In this document: positions 9,285 to 20,700 of the stretch, piece after piece
Position numbering within the stretch: position 1 is the stretch's first letter
Layout: each line of letters opens with the position of its first letter
Source: an uncultured virus (IMG/VR IMGVR_UViG_3300032006_001851)
Taxonomy: Duplodnaviria > Heunggongvirae > Uroviricota > Caudoviricetes
DNA: 64,000 nucleotides
Reading direction: 5' to 3' (one strand)
Virus record (IMG/VR): IMGVR_UViG_3300032006_001851
Notes under the pieces: generated by a model
What the model saw: only the letters and a program-made list of their open reading frames with translations
What the model was told of the DNA's origin: nothing
The model's database searches: none
Position numbers and translations under genes: made by a program

Positions 9285-10343
9285 ATGGAACCTTATGAGC
9301 GGGAATTTTATATATCAAGGATATGTGCAGGATATCTTAAGTATAAGATAGATTCCGAACTGTCTATTTACATACATCCATTAACCTTGGACCAACAATA
9401 CGACGCAAACGAAGTTTTTCTTGAGGCTTATAACGAAGCCTTAATGAATGACATGATGACCGAAGAAGAATGCATTGACATGTTGACAAGCTATGGATTG
9501 TGGGACGATGAGAAAGAAGAGAGTTTAGAAAAGCTAGTTAAGGATATAGAGGAGTTAAAAGTTCAGTTGTATAATTCTTACTTTAAAAGAGAACTAAAAA
9601 TAACTGTTCGAAAAGGAATCAATAGAGCTAAAAATAAACTGTCCTCCCTCATAGAGGAAAAAAGTTCGTATGATTTCTTAACATGTAGAGGATATGCAAT
9701 TTTCTGTAGATATTTTTGGATGCTGGAAAACGCCACCAAATATCCCGATGGAACGCCTTATGACTGGAAGCATGTGGACTTGGCTAAAATGTTAGCGTTC
9801 TATCACCAACAACAAATAAGCGACGAAGATTTACGAGAGATTTCCAAGACAGAGCCTTGGAGAAGCACTTGGTCTAGCGCCAAGAAGAATGGTTCTATTT
9901 TTCATAAAAGCGGAGTAGAGTTAACGCAAGATCAAAAAAGTTTACTTGCTTGGTCTAGTATGTATGACAATATTTTTGAGTCCCCCGAATGTCCACCAGA
10001 TGATGTAATTCAAGACGACGACGCTTTAGATGGTTGGTTAATCGTACAAAGAAGAAAACGAGAAGAGGATCAGAAAAGATCTGCCGCTGAAAATATTATA
10101 GGTAATTCAAAAATAAGCAACGCCGACGAAGTATTTATAATGACCGATCCCAGTAGCGCAAAAGATGTTAATCAGTTAAATGATCCGATTGCTAGAGCAA
10201 ATCAAAAATCAAGATTGAAGGAACTTAGATCTAGAGAAAAGGCTGGAAAAAGCATGACGAAACATTCGAAGCTAAAAGATGTAAAACAAAGAGTACAAAT
10301 GGAAGCCAACTCAAAATTTTCTAAAAACATGAAGGGAAGATAG
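9285..10343 (+). CDS. Putative tail assembly chaperone (long form)
   Basis: Between tube and tape measure genes, helical, N-terminal half resembles 10715..11677. Confidence 0.5.
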   Translation: MEPYEREFYISRICAGYLKYKIDSELSIYIHPLTLDQQYDANEVFLEAYNEALMNDMMTEEECIDMLTSYGLWDDEKEESLEKLVKDIEELKVQLYNSYFKRELKITVRKGINRAKNKLSSLIEEKSSYDFLTCRGYAIFCRYFWMLENATKYPDGTPYDWKHVDLAKMLAFYHQQQISDEDLREISKTEPWRSTWSSAKKNGSIFHKSGVELTQDQKSLLAWSSMYDNIFESPECPPDDVIQDDDALDGWLIVQRRKREEDQKRSAAENIIGNSKISNADEVFIMTDPSSAKDVNQLNDPIARANQKSRLKELRSREKAGKSMTKHSKLKDVKQRVQMEANSKFSKNMKGR

Positions 10344-10344
10344 A

Positions 10345-10722
10345 ATGGACAAGGGATACGAAGATTTAATCAGGGCGTCTACAAAATATAAGGTTGATAA
10401 AGATTCTAAATACAAAGAAGACTCTAAAGATAGACTGTTAAAAATTTCCAAAAAGAAAATACAAACAACAATGATAGGAGCACTAAGCACTATCGAAAAG
10501 CATTTTGGATTTTTATGGGGATATGAAGAATCAGACAGTCTAACAGATGAGCAAAAGCATATGCGGGATATTTTTGAAGAGGCCCGCTCAGAAATATTGG
10601 ACAAAGGAAATAGCCAAATGCGAAATTTGGAGGCGGAATTTGCCCAGTATGATGTTAAATGGCTAAGATATAGCATGACACTTCCAGTCAAAACAGTAGA
10701 TAAGGAGGAAAACGATGGCTAA
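10345..10722 (+). CDS. Hypothetical helical protein in the chaperone region
   Basis: 125-aa ORF abutting both neighbours. Confidence 0.6.
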   Translation: MDKGYEDLIRASTKYKVDKDSKYKEDSKDRLLKISKKKIQTTMIGALSTIEKHFGFLWGYEESDSLTDEQKHMRDIFEEARSEILDKGNSQMRNLEAEFAQYDVKWLRYSMTLPVKTVDKEENDG

Positions 10723-11677
10723 GCAGAAGGGTAGAATCACAGTAGAGTCTGTAGATAAGAATGGAAACGAAAAAATTGTTTCCGTTGTTGATCCTACAGC
10801 TAAGGATAGAAATGAAGCACAATTACATTATCTAAAAGCTTTCAGAAAAGCTCTAGAAAATGGTGCTATTCTTAGACAGAAGCTCGAAGACTATCTAAGA
10901 GATCAACAGATTTGGGATGAGGAAAAAGAAACCAGATATTCTGAAATTGTCAAAGAGATTGCTCAGGGTGAACGAAGATTGAGCGCTGGCGGAATTAAAC
11001 TCGCTGAAGCTAAAGATATAGCTCTGTCCATGAGAGATGCCAGAAATGAATTCAGAGTTCTAGTGGCCGAAAGAACTTCAATGGACGCCAACACAGCCGA
11101 AGCCCAAGCCGATAACGCCAGCTTCAACTATCTAGTTTACTCCTGCACTGTAGATCCAGACAGCGGGAAAAAGGTTTTTGACAGCTTGGATGACTACGAA
11201 GAAAATGCAGATGAGCCGTTTGCGGCCAGCGCTGCCGCCACCTTGGCAGACAAGCTATACCAACTGGACCCAGATTACGAGAAGGGGTTGCCAGAAAATA
11301 AGTTTCTCGTTCAGTATAAGTTTGCTGACGAAAAACTGCGCCTTCTAAATAAGGATGGCAAGCTTGTAGATGAAGAAGGCAGACTGTTAAATGATGATGG
11401 TCGTTTCATTAATGATGATGGCCAACTCATCGACATTGATGGCAACCTTGTTGACGAAGAAGGCGAATTTGTTTCGGATTTTGTGCCATTTCTTGATGAC
11501 GATGGAAAGCCCGTCGTTCTTGAAGAAGATAAAAAGACAGAAACAAAAAAGAGAACATCAAGGAAAAAGAAGGTTCAAGAAGAACCACCCGAAGATGAAG
11601 TCTTGAATGAGACAGAAGAAGTTGAAGAAGAGGTCGAAGCCACTAGCGAGGTTGAGACCGCTGAAGTAGATAGCTAG
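10715..11677 (+). CDS. Putative tail assembly chaperone with 7-aa (D/N)xxG repeats and acidic tail
   Basis: aaggagg SD, immediately upstream of the tape measure gene, contains LLNKDGKLVDEEGRLLNDDGRFINDDGQLIDIDGNLVDEEGEFV. Confidence 0.55.
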   Translation: MAKQKGRITVESVDKNGNEKIVSVVDPTAKDRNEAQLHYLKAFRKALENGAILRQKLEDYLRDQQIWDEEKETRYSEIVKEIAQGERRLSAGGIKLAEAKDIALSMRDARNEFRVLVAERTSMDANTAEAQADNASFNYLVYSCTVDPDSGKKVFDSLDDYEENADEPFAASAAATLADKLYQLDPDYEKGLPENKFLVQYKFADEKLRLLNKDGKLVDEEGRLLNDDGRFINDDGQLIDIDGNLVDEEGEFVSDFVPFLDDDGKPVVLEEDKKTETKKRTSRKKKVQEEPPEDEVLNETEEVEEEVEATSEVETAEVDS

Positions 11678-11692
11678 AATAGTAACTAACGG

Positions 11693-11744
11693 ATAGTGGG
11701 TATGCGGGTAGTGTTTCATGCTATCGGTATGCCCACTATTTTTT
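11693..11744 (+). terminator. Long hairpin plus U-tract directly before the tape measure RBS
   Basis: Stem of about 22 bp (ATAGTGGGTATGCGGGTAGTGT / ATGCTATCGGTATGCCCACTAT) with several G-U pairs, then TTTTT and AGGAGA. Confidence 0.7.
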
Positions 11745-11754
11745 AGGAGAAACC

Positions 11755-14700
11755 ATGGCTGGCAAATTTGTATTGACAGCAGAAATCCGAATGCGAGCAC
11801 CTAAAAACCTTAAAAAGGTTGCTCAGCAAATCAGGAGTAATCTCGGCAGCAAGACTACCGAGGTTAAGGTTCAGGTAAAAGGGGCAAAGAAAACCGCAGC
11901 CGATTTGGCCAGAGTGGAGAAGGCTGTAGAAAAGGCCGGTTCTAAAGCGTCTGCGGCAAGGGGAAAGTTTGACTTGCTTGGCAGCGCAATTGGTCAGGCT
12001 GTGGTTCATGTCGCTAGATATGACGTAGCTAGAAGAATTGTAACTGCATTTGGTCAGGCTATTGGTAGGGCTACTAAAGATGCCATAGCCTTCGAAAGAG
12101 AAATAATTAAAGTGTCTCAGGTTACTGGGCAAAGTGTACAAAGTCTTAAATTTTTAAATACTGAAATTACCAGACTGGCTACGAACTTCGGTGTTTCTTC
12201 TTCATCTCTTGTTAAGACAACTAGAATTCTTGCTCAGGCCGGTCTCACCGCTAAACAAACTAAGTCGGCCCTAGAAGCCCTAGCTAAAACTACACTAGCT
12301 CCAACCTTTGATGATATTACCAGCACTACGGAAACTAGTATTGCGGTTATGTCTCAGTTTGGCTTAGAGGCTAGTAAGCTAGAAAATGTTCTCGGTAAAA
12401 TTAACAGGGTTGCTGGTAGTTTTGCTGTAGAAGCCGGTGATTTGGGCACGGCTATTAAACGTGCTGGTGGCGTATTTAAAAGCGCTGGCGGTTCTGTAGA
12501 AGAACTCATAGCTCTGTTTACGTCTGTTCGATCAACTACGCGAGAGACTGCTGAAACTATTGCCACGGGCTTTAGAACCATTTTTACAAGATTGCAACGT
12601 CCAACCACCCTGAAATTCCTTAAACGGTTTGGGGTTGAGCTTCAGAATCTTGAAGGGCAATTCGTTGGACCTTTTGAGGCGGTTAGAAGACTTAACGCAG
12701 TTCTTAAAGATTTAGACCCAAGAGACATAAGATACTCCCAGATTACTGAACAGTTGGGCGGCTTCAGGCAGGTGTCTAAAGTTATTCCCTTAATCCAACA
12801 GTTCGAGAAAGCTCAGAAAGCTTATAACGTTGCCCTAGACGGAGGTGCCTCTCTATCTAAAGATGCGCAAACCGCCCAGCAAGGACTGGCCGTTCAATTC
12901 ACAAAGGTTAGAGAAGAGTTCACCGCTTTGGTCAGGGCGATATCAAATGATAGTGTCTTCAGGGGAATGATTGAGCTTGCCACAAATATGGCGAAGGCGT
13001 TTATACGGGTTGCAGATTCGATTAAGCCACTCATTCCCCTATTGACAGCCTTTGGAACTTTTGCGCTTGCTAGGGGCGTGGGAAGATTTGCTTTGGGTAG
13101 AGGGGGTGGTGGTGGAAGAGGTGCCGGTGGGAGAGGCGGCGCTATGCCCGGCATATTTGGGGTAAACAAGGGCGGGAAGATCAAGGGGTATGCGCGAGGA
13201 GGATTGGTTCCCGGCAGAGGCAACGCAGATACAGTACCGGCTATGTTGCAACCGGGTGAATTTGTTATCAGGAAGTCTGCTGTTCAGTCACACGGCGTCA
13301 GTAATTTAGCGGGCATAAATAGATATAATAAAGGCACAAAAAATCGAGGCGTGCCTAAAAGAGGAAAGAAAAAACCCGGAACTATCCAAAGCCAACAAAG
13401 ACTGGGAATGTTGGTTCAAAAAGTTGGAAAAGCCGACCCCCCGGATTATACTAAGGTTAGCGCCTCTCTTCGAAGCGCCAAACAAAGAGGGCCGGTTAAA
13501 CGCCTTCTTGCGCAAGATGAAACCGCCAGAGTGCAGGCTCCTGTGGATGTTTCTATTTTTACGAAGGGAGGCAATTCGTTTGAAAATTCGGAAAAAGCAA
13601 TCAGAAAGAGAGCAAAAAACGCACAAAGAAACTTAAGCAGAAGCGCCGGAAGAAGCATTGGTAATGCCTACAAGGCTAAGCTGGGCCTAAGTCTTGGACA
13701 ATTGTTTGAAGACTATGTTACCACCACCGCAGGAGTCAAAAAACCCGGCAATAAAAATTTTGATCTGATCAAGAAGGAGGGTCAACTCAAAGACTTTGTC
13801 AACGAGCGGATCCGGCCATATACCGATATCAAACTATCCTCTAACTCGACAAATGCTAGAGATGTTATTCGTAAAGGCATTAATCAAAAACGCTTTGATA
13901 GGTCAATAAACAGGCGCGCACAACGGCTTGAGGCAACAAACAAGAAAAACACTGGTGGAGTTATTACTACCGGGTTTGCTGCTGGTGGCGCTGTAGATAC
14001 TGTTCCAGCATTATTAACCCCCGGCGAATTTGTTATAAACAAAGAGTCTTCCCAGAAAATTGGGTACTCTAAACTAAACGCGATGAACAAGTTTTCCAGA
14101 GGCGGGCCGGTACAGAAGCGTGCTAACGGTGGTCCGATACTGAAGTTCGCGGAGGGAACTCCCGGCAGAGGTGTTCCCGGTGGAGCTATGGGGCAGGCTG
14201 CTATTCGAAGAAACGAGGAGGCGGCGGCGAGGAAGGCTAATAAGGGGCTTGATGATGCGGGAAAAGCTGGAAAGAAGGCAAGCCGCGATCTGCTGGGGAT
14301 GGCGTTTGTTGTATCTGCCCTGACGGAAAGTCTTGCGTCAGGAGAGGGCGTCTTTAACGATTTCATGGGAGGAGTTAGTCAGGGTATCCTGACATTCGTT
14401 CTTCTTAATGAAGTTATCAGCGCTTCGGCATTAGCTAGGGGTTTTGATAACTTGAGGGGTGGGACTGAAGGCGCTGGAAAAGGTCTTGGAACTCTTGCCG
14501 GTGGTTTGATTGCTGGGGCTTTTGCCGTTAATGCCTTTGCAGATAAATTGGTAGCGGCAGATATCAAGGCTGGTGGTGCGGCTAGACAGGGTGCGGCAGG
14601 CAAGGCTGCTGGCTTCGGTGTTGCTGCCGGGGCGATTGGAGGCGCTGGAGTTGGACTGGGTGCAGCGGCTGGTGTAGCGGCAGCGACTGGCACCGCTTTA

Positions 14701-17700
14701 ACCTCAACGGGTATTGGAGCTTTGATAGGAATTCCCCTACTCATAGGGGCACTTGCTTTTGGAGCCTCGGAATATAGCGCAGCCACGAAGGCTATACAAA
14801 AAGCGGACTTTGCAGATTCGGTTTCAAAACTAGATGACACCTTCCAGAGATTTTCTAAGGGTAGAATTTCTACCGGGCTTGCTCTCGCACAAGCTGGAAC
14901 TGGATCAAGGGATCTAAGACGGGTTATAGAAAGAGATCCTTCACAAAGGGGAGAATTTGCAGGAGAGATCAAAAAGATAACCGGCAAAACTAAAGAGTTG
15001 GTTTTAGAGTTTGCCAAGACTTCCAAAACAACGCAAGAGTTTGACAATGCAACGAGAGGTGCTATAAGAGAAGCTACTCTCCTTGGTCAAACATCTTTCA
15101 GGCGGCTAAGAGAAGAAGCCCATAAGCAAATTGAAGCTCAGATTAAAGCTAGAGAAGCTCAAGCGAAACTGAGTCAGCAAATAGAAGATACATTTAAAAC
15201 ATTAAATCTACAAAGATCTCTAGCTGCTGGGTTCAGGGAAATGACGGCCAGAGTTCAAGAAGCCTCAAGAGGTCTTGAAGTATTTGCAACTTTAGCAACT
15301 GGTAGATTGAGCATTGGAAAGCCTCGCGCTATTGGAAGACTTCTACAAAAGCCAGAAGAGATTGTAGACTTTGACAAATTTAAAAGAGAGATTGAAGCTG
15401 TTGATGACAAATTAAAAGAAATGCAGGTTCCCCTAGAAGATATAACTAAAATTTCGGGACCAGCTAAAAAGGCCGGTGAAGTATTAACTAAGCTTCCGGC
15501 TGTACTTCTAGGGTCTGCAAAAGCCTCACCGACAGCAAAGAAGGGCGAAGGTCTTATTGATCAGGTTCTTAAGCAATTGGGATTGACCGGGGCGGGTGCA
15601 TCCGATGCAGATCAGGAGATAGGTAAAGCTCTAGCGATTGCCCTAGACAATGTTGGTGACGATTTAGCTTCAAAAATTAAAGCAGATCCAGAGGGTATTA
15701 ATGCTAAGATTGCTCAGGCTTTAACTCCATTTCTGAAAACTCACGCGGAAGGTGCAAAGTTTATTGACGCTTCCAATAAACAACTAGCCGCTGGTTTACA
15801 GCAAAGAGGTCAGCTTGAGCTTAAAATTGCAAGAGAAGAATCGGAGTTGCATAAGTCGAGATTGCAAGGGCTTAAGCTTATATCAGAAGCTAGAGGAATA
15901 GACGTAGACCTAGTAAAGATTAAAGAAGCAGAAGTAGCTGCAAGAAAGAGTTTGCTTGGTACAGACTTCCGTGGCGGGAGCGATGTTGATTCCTTAGCTA
16001 AAAAGCTAAAAGAATTACAGGCTGAAATTGTTAATCAGGAAAGGGCTTACGATGAGGGCACAATCAGCTTTAGAGAATTACAGGATGAAACTGCTCGTCT
16101 TAGATCTCAGTTCTCGCGGGTAAATCTGGTTCTAAAAGATTACGCTAATATACAAAAGCGTATCGCAGAAGATCAAAAGAGGCTCAGTCAGCTTCGTTCA
16201 CAGAGAGAAAAGAAAGCTGCAACTCTAATAGATGCGACCTTCGGCGGCTTGGAGGATATACTTAAGCTCAGGGCTAATTTCGAAAGGGCTGAAGGACTGG
16301 GTAGGGGCGGTCAGCCTATCGTTGCGGGTGATCCAAGAAATAAAGACATCTTGCAGCTTATGAGGCAATTTGGAGATGTTCCTCTGGAAGCCTTTGGTAA
16401 AATTACCAAACCGGAATTACAAGCTCAGGGATTGGACGCTAATGCGATAGCGAAGGCTTTGAAAGAAGGCAGGGCTAGAACCGGTGACGAATTAGCCGCA
16501 TTTAAAACATTCGAATTTTTCAGAACAAAGTTCCCCAAGTTGTTTGAAGGTGCTGGTGGAAGAGCAGCGGGTAGGCAAATACTGGGTGGTACTAGCGACC
16601 CGGAAGAAAGGCTTATCCAGAGTATTGAGAAGCAAATTCTCGAAGGAGAGAGAGCTAGGCAGGCTATGATAGATTCCCTTAAGCAAACAAATAGGGATCT
16701 GGGAGACACCCTTGCTAGACAAAACAAAGAGTTCCTCAGAGGATTGAGACAGGTATTTATTCAGTCTAGAGTAGATGAAGCCAATATAGAAAAGGCGACT
16801 GCTGATGCCGAGAAGAAAAATGCCCGTGCTAATGTCAAGGCATTGACGACCACCATACCACAGACCATTGAGAAACTTTTAGAAACGACTACTGAAAGGG
16901 ACACAGCTAGAGGGTTCACTGCACCAAGTGTTGCCCTAGACCTCTTAACAAGGGCACTAGATAAAGACGTATTAACGACTTTGCAGAATAGTCTTGAACC
17001 CTTAAAAGAGCTTGATAAACTACGTGGCGAAAGACAGAGAGGGCAGAGTTTACGGGATCTTCTTGCAACGCCGTCGCTGAACCGCCTTTCCACGCCACCG
17101 TCAGTGACTGCCGATTCTGGCGTCATTAATCCGCTGGGAAATCTCCGTGCGGCTGGTTTTCAGGAGATTGAAAAAAGGCTTGACGGAATAAGACGTGGGA
17201 CTGCTGGGTTTGGGGGCTTGGGGGCTGGGGGTGACGCTAAGGCGAACCGTCAAGCCGGGAAGAATTTGGCAGCAAACCTGCAAGAGTTAAGAGCAGTAGC
17301 TAAATCTCTTGGATTTTTGGATGAGCTTATTGCTGCGGATGCAGGCATAGGTTCCGACAGTCAGGTCACTCAACAAAAATCCTTGCTTCAGTTCTTAAAT
17401 AAAAATACGTTTGGAACCGGTGACAAGATTCAGCAAGCGCTTATTGAAGGCATTGAACGTGCTGGAATAGACCCTAGCACAATAGAGGGGCTTACTGAGC
17501 TAGGCAAGGTTTTGGGTAAGGGTGGACAGGTACGTGGGAGAACTGATGACGGTGATCCCATAAGGGTGTTTCCTCTTCAGAAATTAAATGAAGTTCTTGC
17601 TAATGTACGTGAAGAACTTAGAAGACGTATTGTGATACAGCGGGAAGAAGAGGCATCACGGACATCGGAACTTTTGGAAGGAGATCTTGGAAAACTATTC

Positions 17701-20700
17701 CAAAAAATTGGTATTGATCCGTCAGTAGGTACTGCGCTACTTGCTCGTTCAACAGAAGAAATTCAAAAAGCTCTACAGAATTTAGACACATTCGATTTGA
17801 ATGAAGCGCGAGACGAATTTATACGTACATCGACAGATGCAAAGAAAGCTGCGGATGCATTAGAAATTTTTAGGAGACAGCTTCGTAATATAAGATTAGA
17901 GGCAATGAGTCCTGCAAGACGGATTCTTACTGAGGGAGAAGAGAGAAGAAAGCGGGCTGGTCGGCTCACCGAAGGGCAGAGAAGAAGAAGAGGGGAGCCG
18001 GGTGACAGTGGAGCAGGAATGCCGCAAGGCGGGTTCGATCAATTCTCTGCTACCAGAGGCGGCGGTGATCGCCTAAGAACCGATGACACCACCGCTCATG
18101 CCCTATTGGAGAGTATTAACAGGGGTGTAAACAGACCGAGCCGTGGTCTCAGTACTATTTTTAGTGCTACGGGTGGCGTTGTTACCAAATATGCTAAGAT
18201 GGGAGCGGGCATTCCAAATTGGAAACCCAGAGGTACTGATACGGTTCCTGCTCAAACCCCTGATGGTCAGCCATACGGGTTAACTCCCGGTGAAAGGGTA
18301 ATGAGCGTTAAGGCTACAAATGCATTTGGCCCACAGTTGGCGAGCATGGAAAGGTCTGCTCAAACAGGTATTGGTCTTGCTACCGGTGGAATTATCTATG
18401 CACAGGGTGGAGCCAAGGCGGGCAAGGCGGGTGTTGGTCCGACAGCACCAGCACCGGCGGTGGGAAAAAATGCTCCAGATTGGATGACACATACAAGGGT
18501 TTCGGATTTGTCCCCGGAGCTACAAAAACAGTACGAGGCCATGGGTTATGGACCTGATGCTAAACTATGGTTTGGTTCAAATCAAGAATTAAGAGGCCCC
18601 ATTCTTAGTCAGGGAGGCTTCACCAGCCCAGACAAATTAAAAGCAAGATACCAACGCTCTAAAAGAGATCAGGAGTTTTCTGGATCTAGGCAATTTCAGG
18701 CGATTGCTGCCTTAATGGCATATGCCCCACAAAGATCCGTGAAGGGAGATTATAAGTTTTTTGGAGCGGCAGCTTTTCAGGAAATGATGGAGCGGCTAGC
18801 TCCCGGTCAGGCTCCTCCTCCGGGCCTTCTTACTTTCTTTAAAGCTTTCGGGTTGGGGGCCGGTGGTAAGGGTGGCCAACCAAATCGCGGTAACCAAGAT
18901 GACTTTGCGAGAGCAAGAGCTAGGATTTTCGGTGACCCCCCAGACCCCCTTGATAAACCTCCAACTTCGGGTCTTATGGGAAGATTTTATCGAAATACCG
19001 GAATAGATGCAAGAAGAGCCATGAAAAAGTTTGGACTCTTTGACGATCAGGGAATTTCCGACGATGGTAGAAGACTACTTCTATTTTCAAAAAGCACTCC
19101 CATAACAAGGTCTTCTTCTGGAACGCCGAAGGCGCAGGTTCATGGATTTATGGGGATTGGTTCAGAGGGATTCTTTGGCACTGGCGTTAACTATAATATA
19201 TTCTACCATGAAATGATGCACGCCCTAAGTCGCAAAGCGGCTACGTCAACGATGTATGCGTCAAGTCGTGCAGATTATGCAGGATATGAAGCCAGACTAC
19301 AAGGAATCTTTTCAGGTAAGGATGATGTCAGCAATGAATTGTTACAACAAGAACTAGCAAAGTATGGCATAACCAAGGATTCTATTGGAACCGGAAAAGG
19401 GTTGCCGATTGCACTTATGGAAGCTATTAGGCTTTCCGCTCAAAATCCAGAGGCACAATCTGGTCTTCCTTCGATAAGAAAGTACTTACCGTGGTTGTTT
19501 AACATGACCACTGCGAGAAGTTATGATGCAAATCAGGATGGATTCTTGGATTACTCGGAATTTTCTAATGCTATAGAAGCCACAATGTTTGCCCAAAGGG
19601 CATTATCTGGTCAGTTGAAGGGGGTGCGGGGAGCAGTAGCTTCAGGTGTAATTGGAGATCTCGCAGGTCCGACGAAGTTGGCAACTGTGGCCATGGATGC
19701 TGCTGGTGGGATTGGAAGATCGCAGGCTACAGGAACAGCAGAAGAACTGAAGAGGGCGGGGATCGAACAAGGACCGGAATATAGACTAGTTGAATATATT
19801 CAAGAGATTAATAAGTCATTTGGTGGAGCTTCGGGTACTGACTTCTTAGAAAGAATATATAACTATAGTTCTTACGGGAAGGGATTCATAGACCCGAGAG
19901 GCTTCGCGGAGAATCATCCGAGAGGCAAGGGATTCCGCAAGCAGTATCTGACGAACAGAGACGAAACGTTTGTCAGAACCATGATGTTGGCGTCTGGAGC
20001 ACAACCGGTTGATCGATCAAGGCGAGGTAGACTTAGGAGAGGGCTGAATCTTGATGACTTTATTGCCAATCTAGGGACTGATAAAAACAGTGCCGCTCTC
20101 AAGGCTCATTTTAATCAAAAGGTGAAATATGAAGGAAACACAATGACTAGAGCGGATAAGTTGAAGAGACTTATTCGGAAAGTCAGAGATAATCAAAAGG
20201 AAATTTCAACAGAGCCAGTTAGAACAAACCAAAGGCAGTTTGGCGGCGTAATTTATGCTCAAACAGGACAACAAATAGACCCGGCGGTTCCAAGTGGAAT
20301 AGATGATGAAACTGGGCGACCCTATCATATTGGCCCGCGACCTCCCAATGATGGTAAAGCGTGGGAGCGGCACTTACTTCCAAACGGCACGCCCTATTGG
20401 CTACTGGTTCCGGGTCAACGCACCGGGCCGTCAGAGCAGCCAGCACCCACGGAGATTGAACCCGTATCGCCAGCCCCAGCCATGCCAACCACGCCTGAGC
20501 CGACTACACCGAGATCTGAACAGCCCGACTACGACCCCACTCCTCCCACTCCCACCCCACGTCCAAGACCACGTAGACGCCCACGCCCACGCCCAAGACC
20601 ACGTCCAAGACCGGCAGCACAAGTGCCTCGCCCTCGCAGACGACGCCGAGGTCGCGCGCCTAATAGAAGAGGGGGAGTATACCCACACTTGAACCCGTTT

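Noticed and set aside
9127..9351. 74-aa ORF after the tail tube gene
   Set aside because: TTG start without SD, runs through hairpins, and overlaps the 352-aa gene out of frame.
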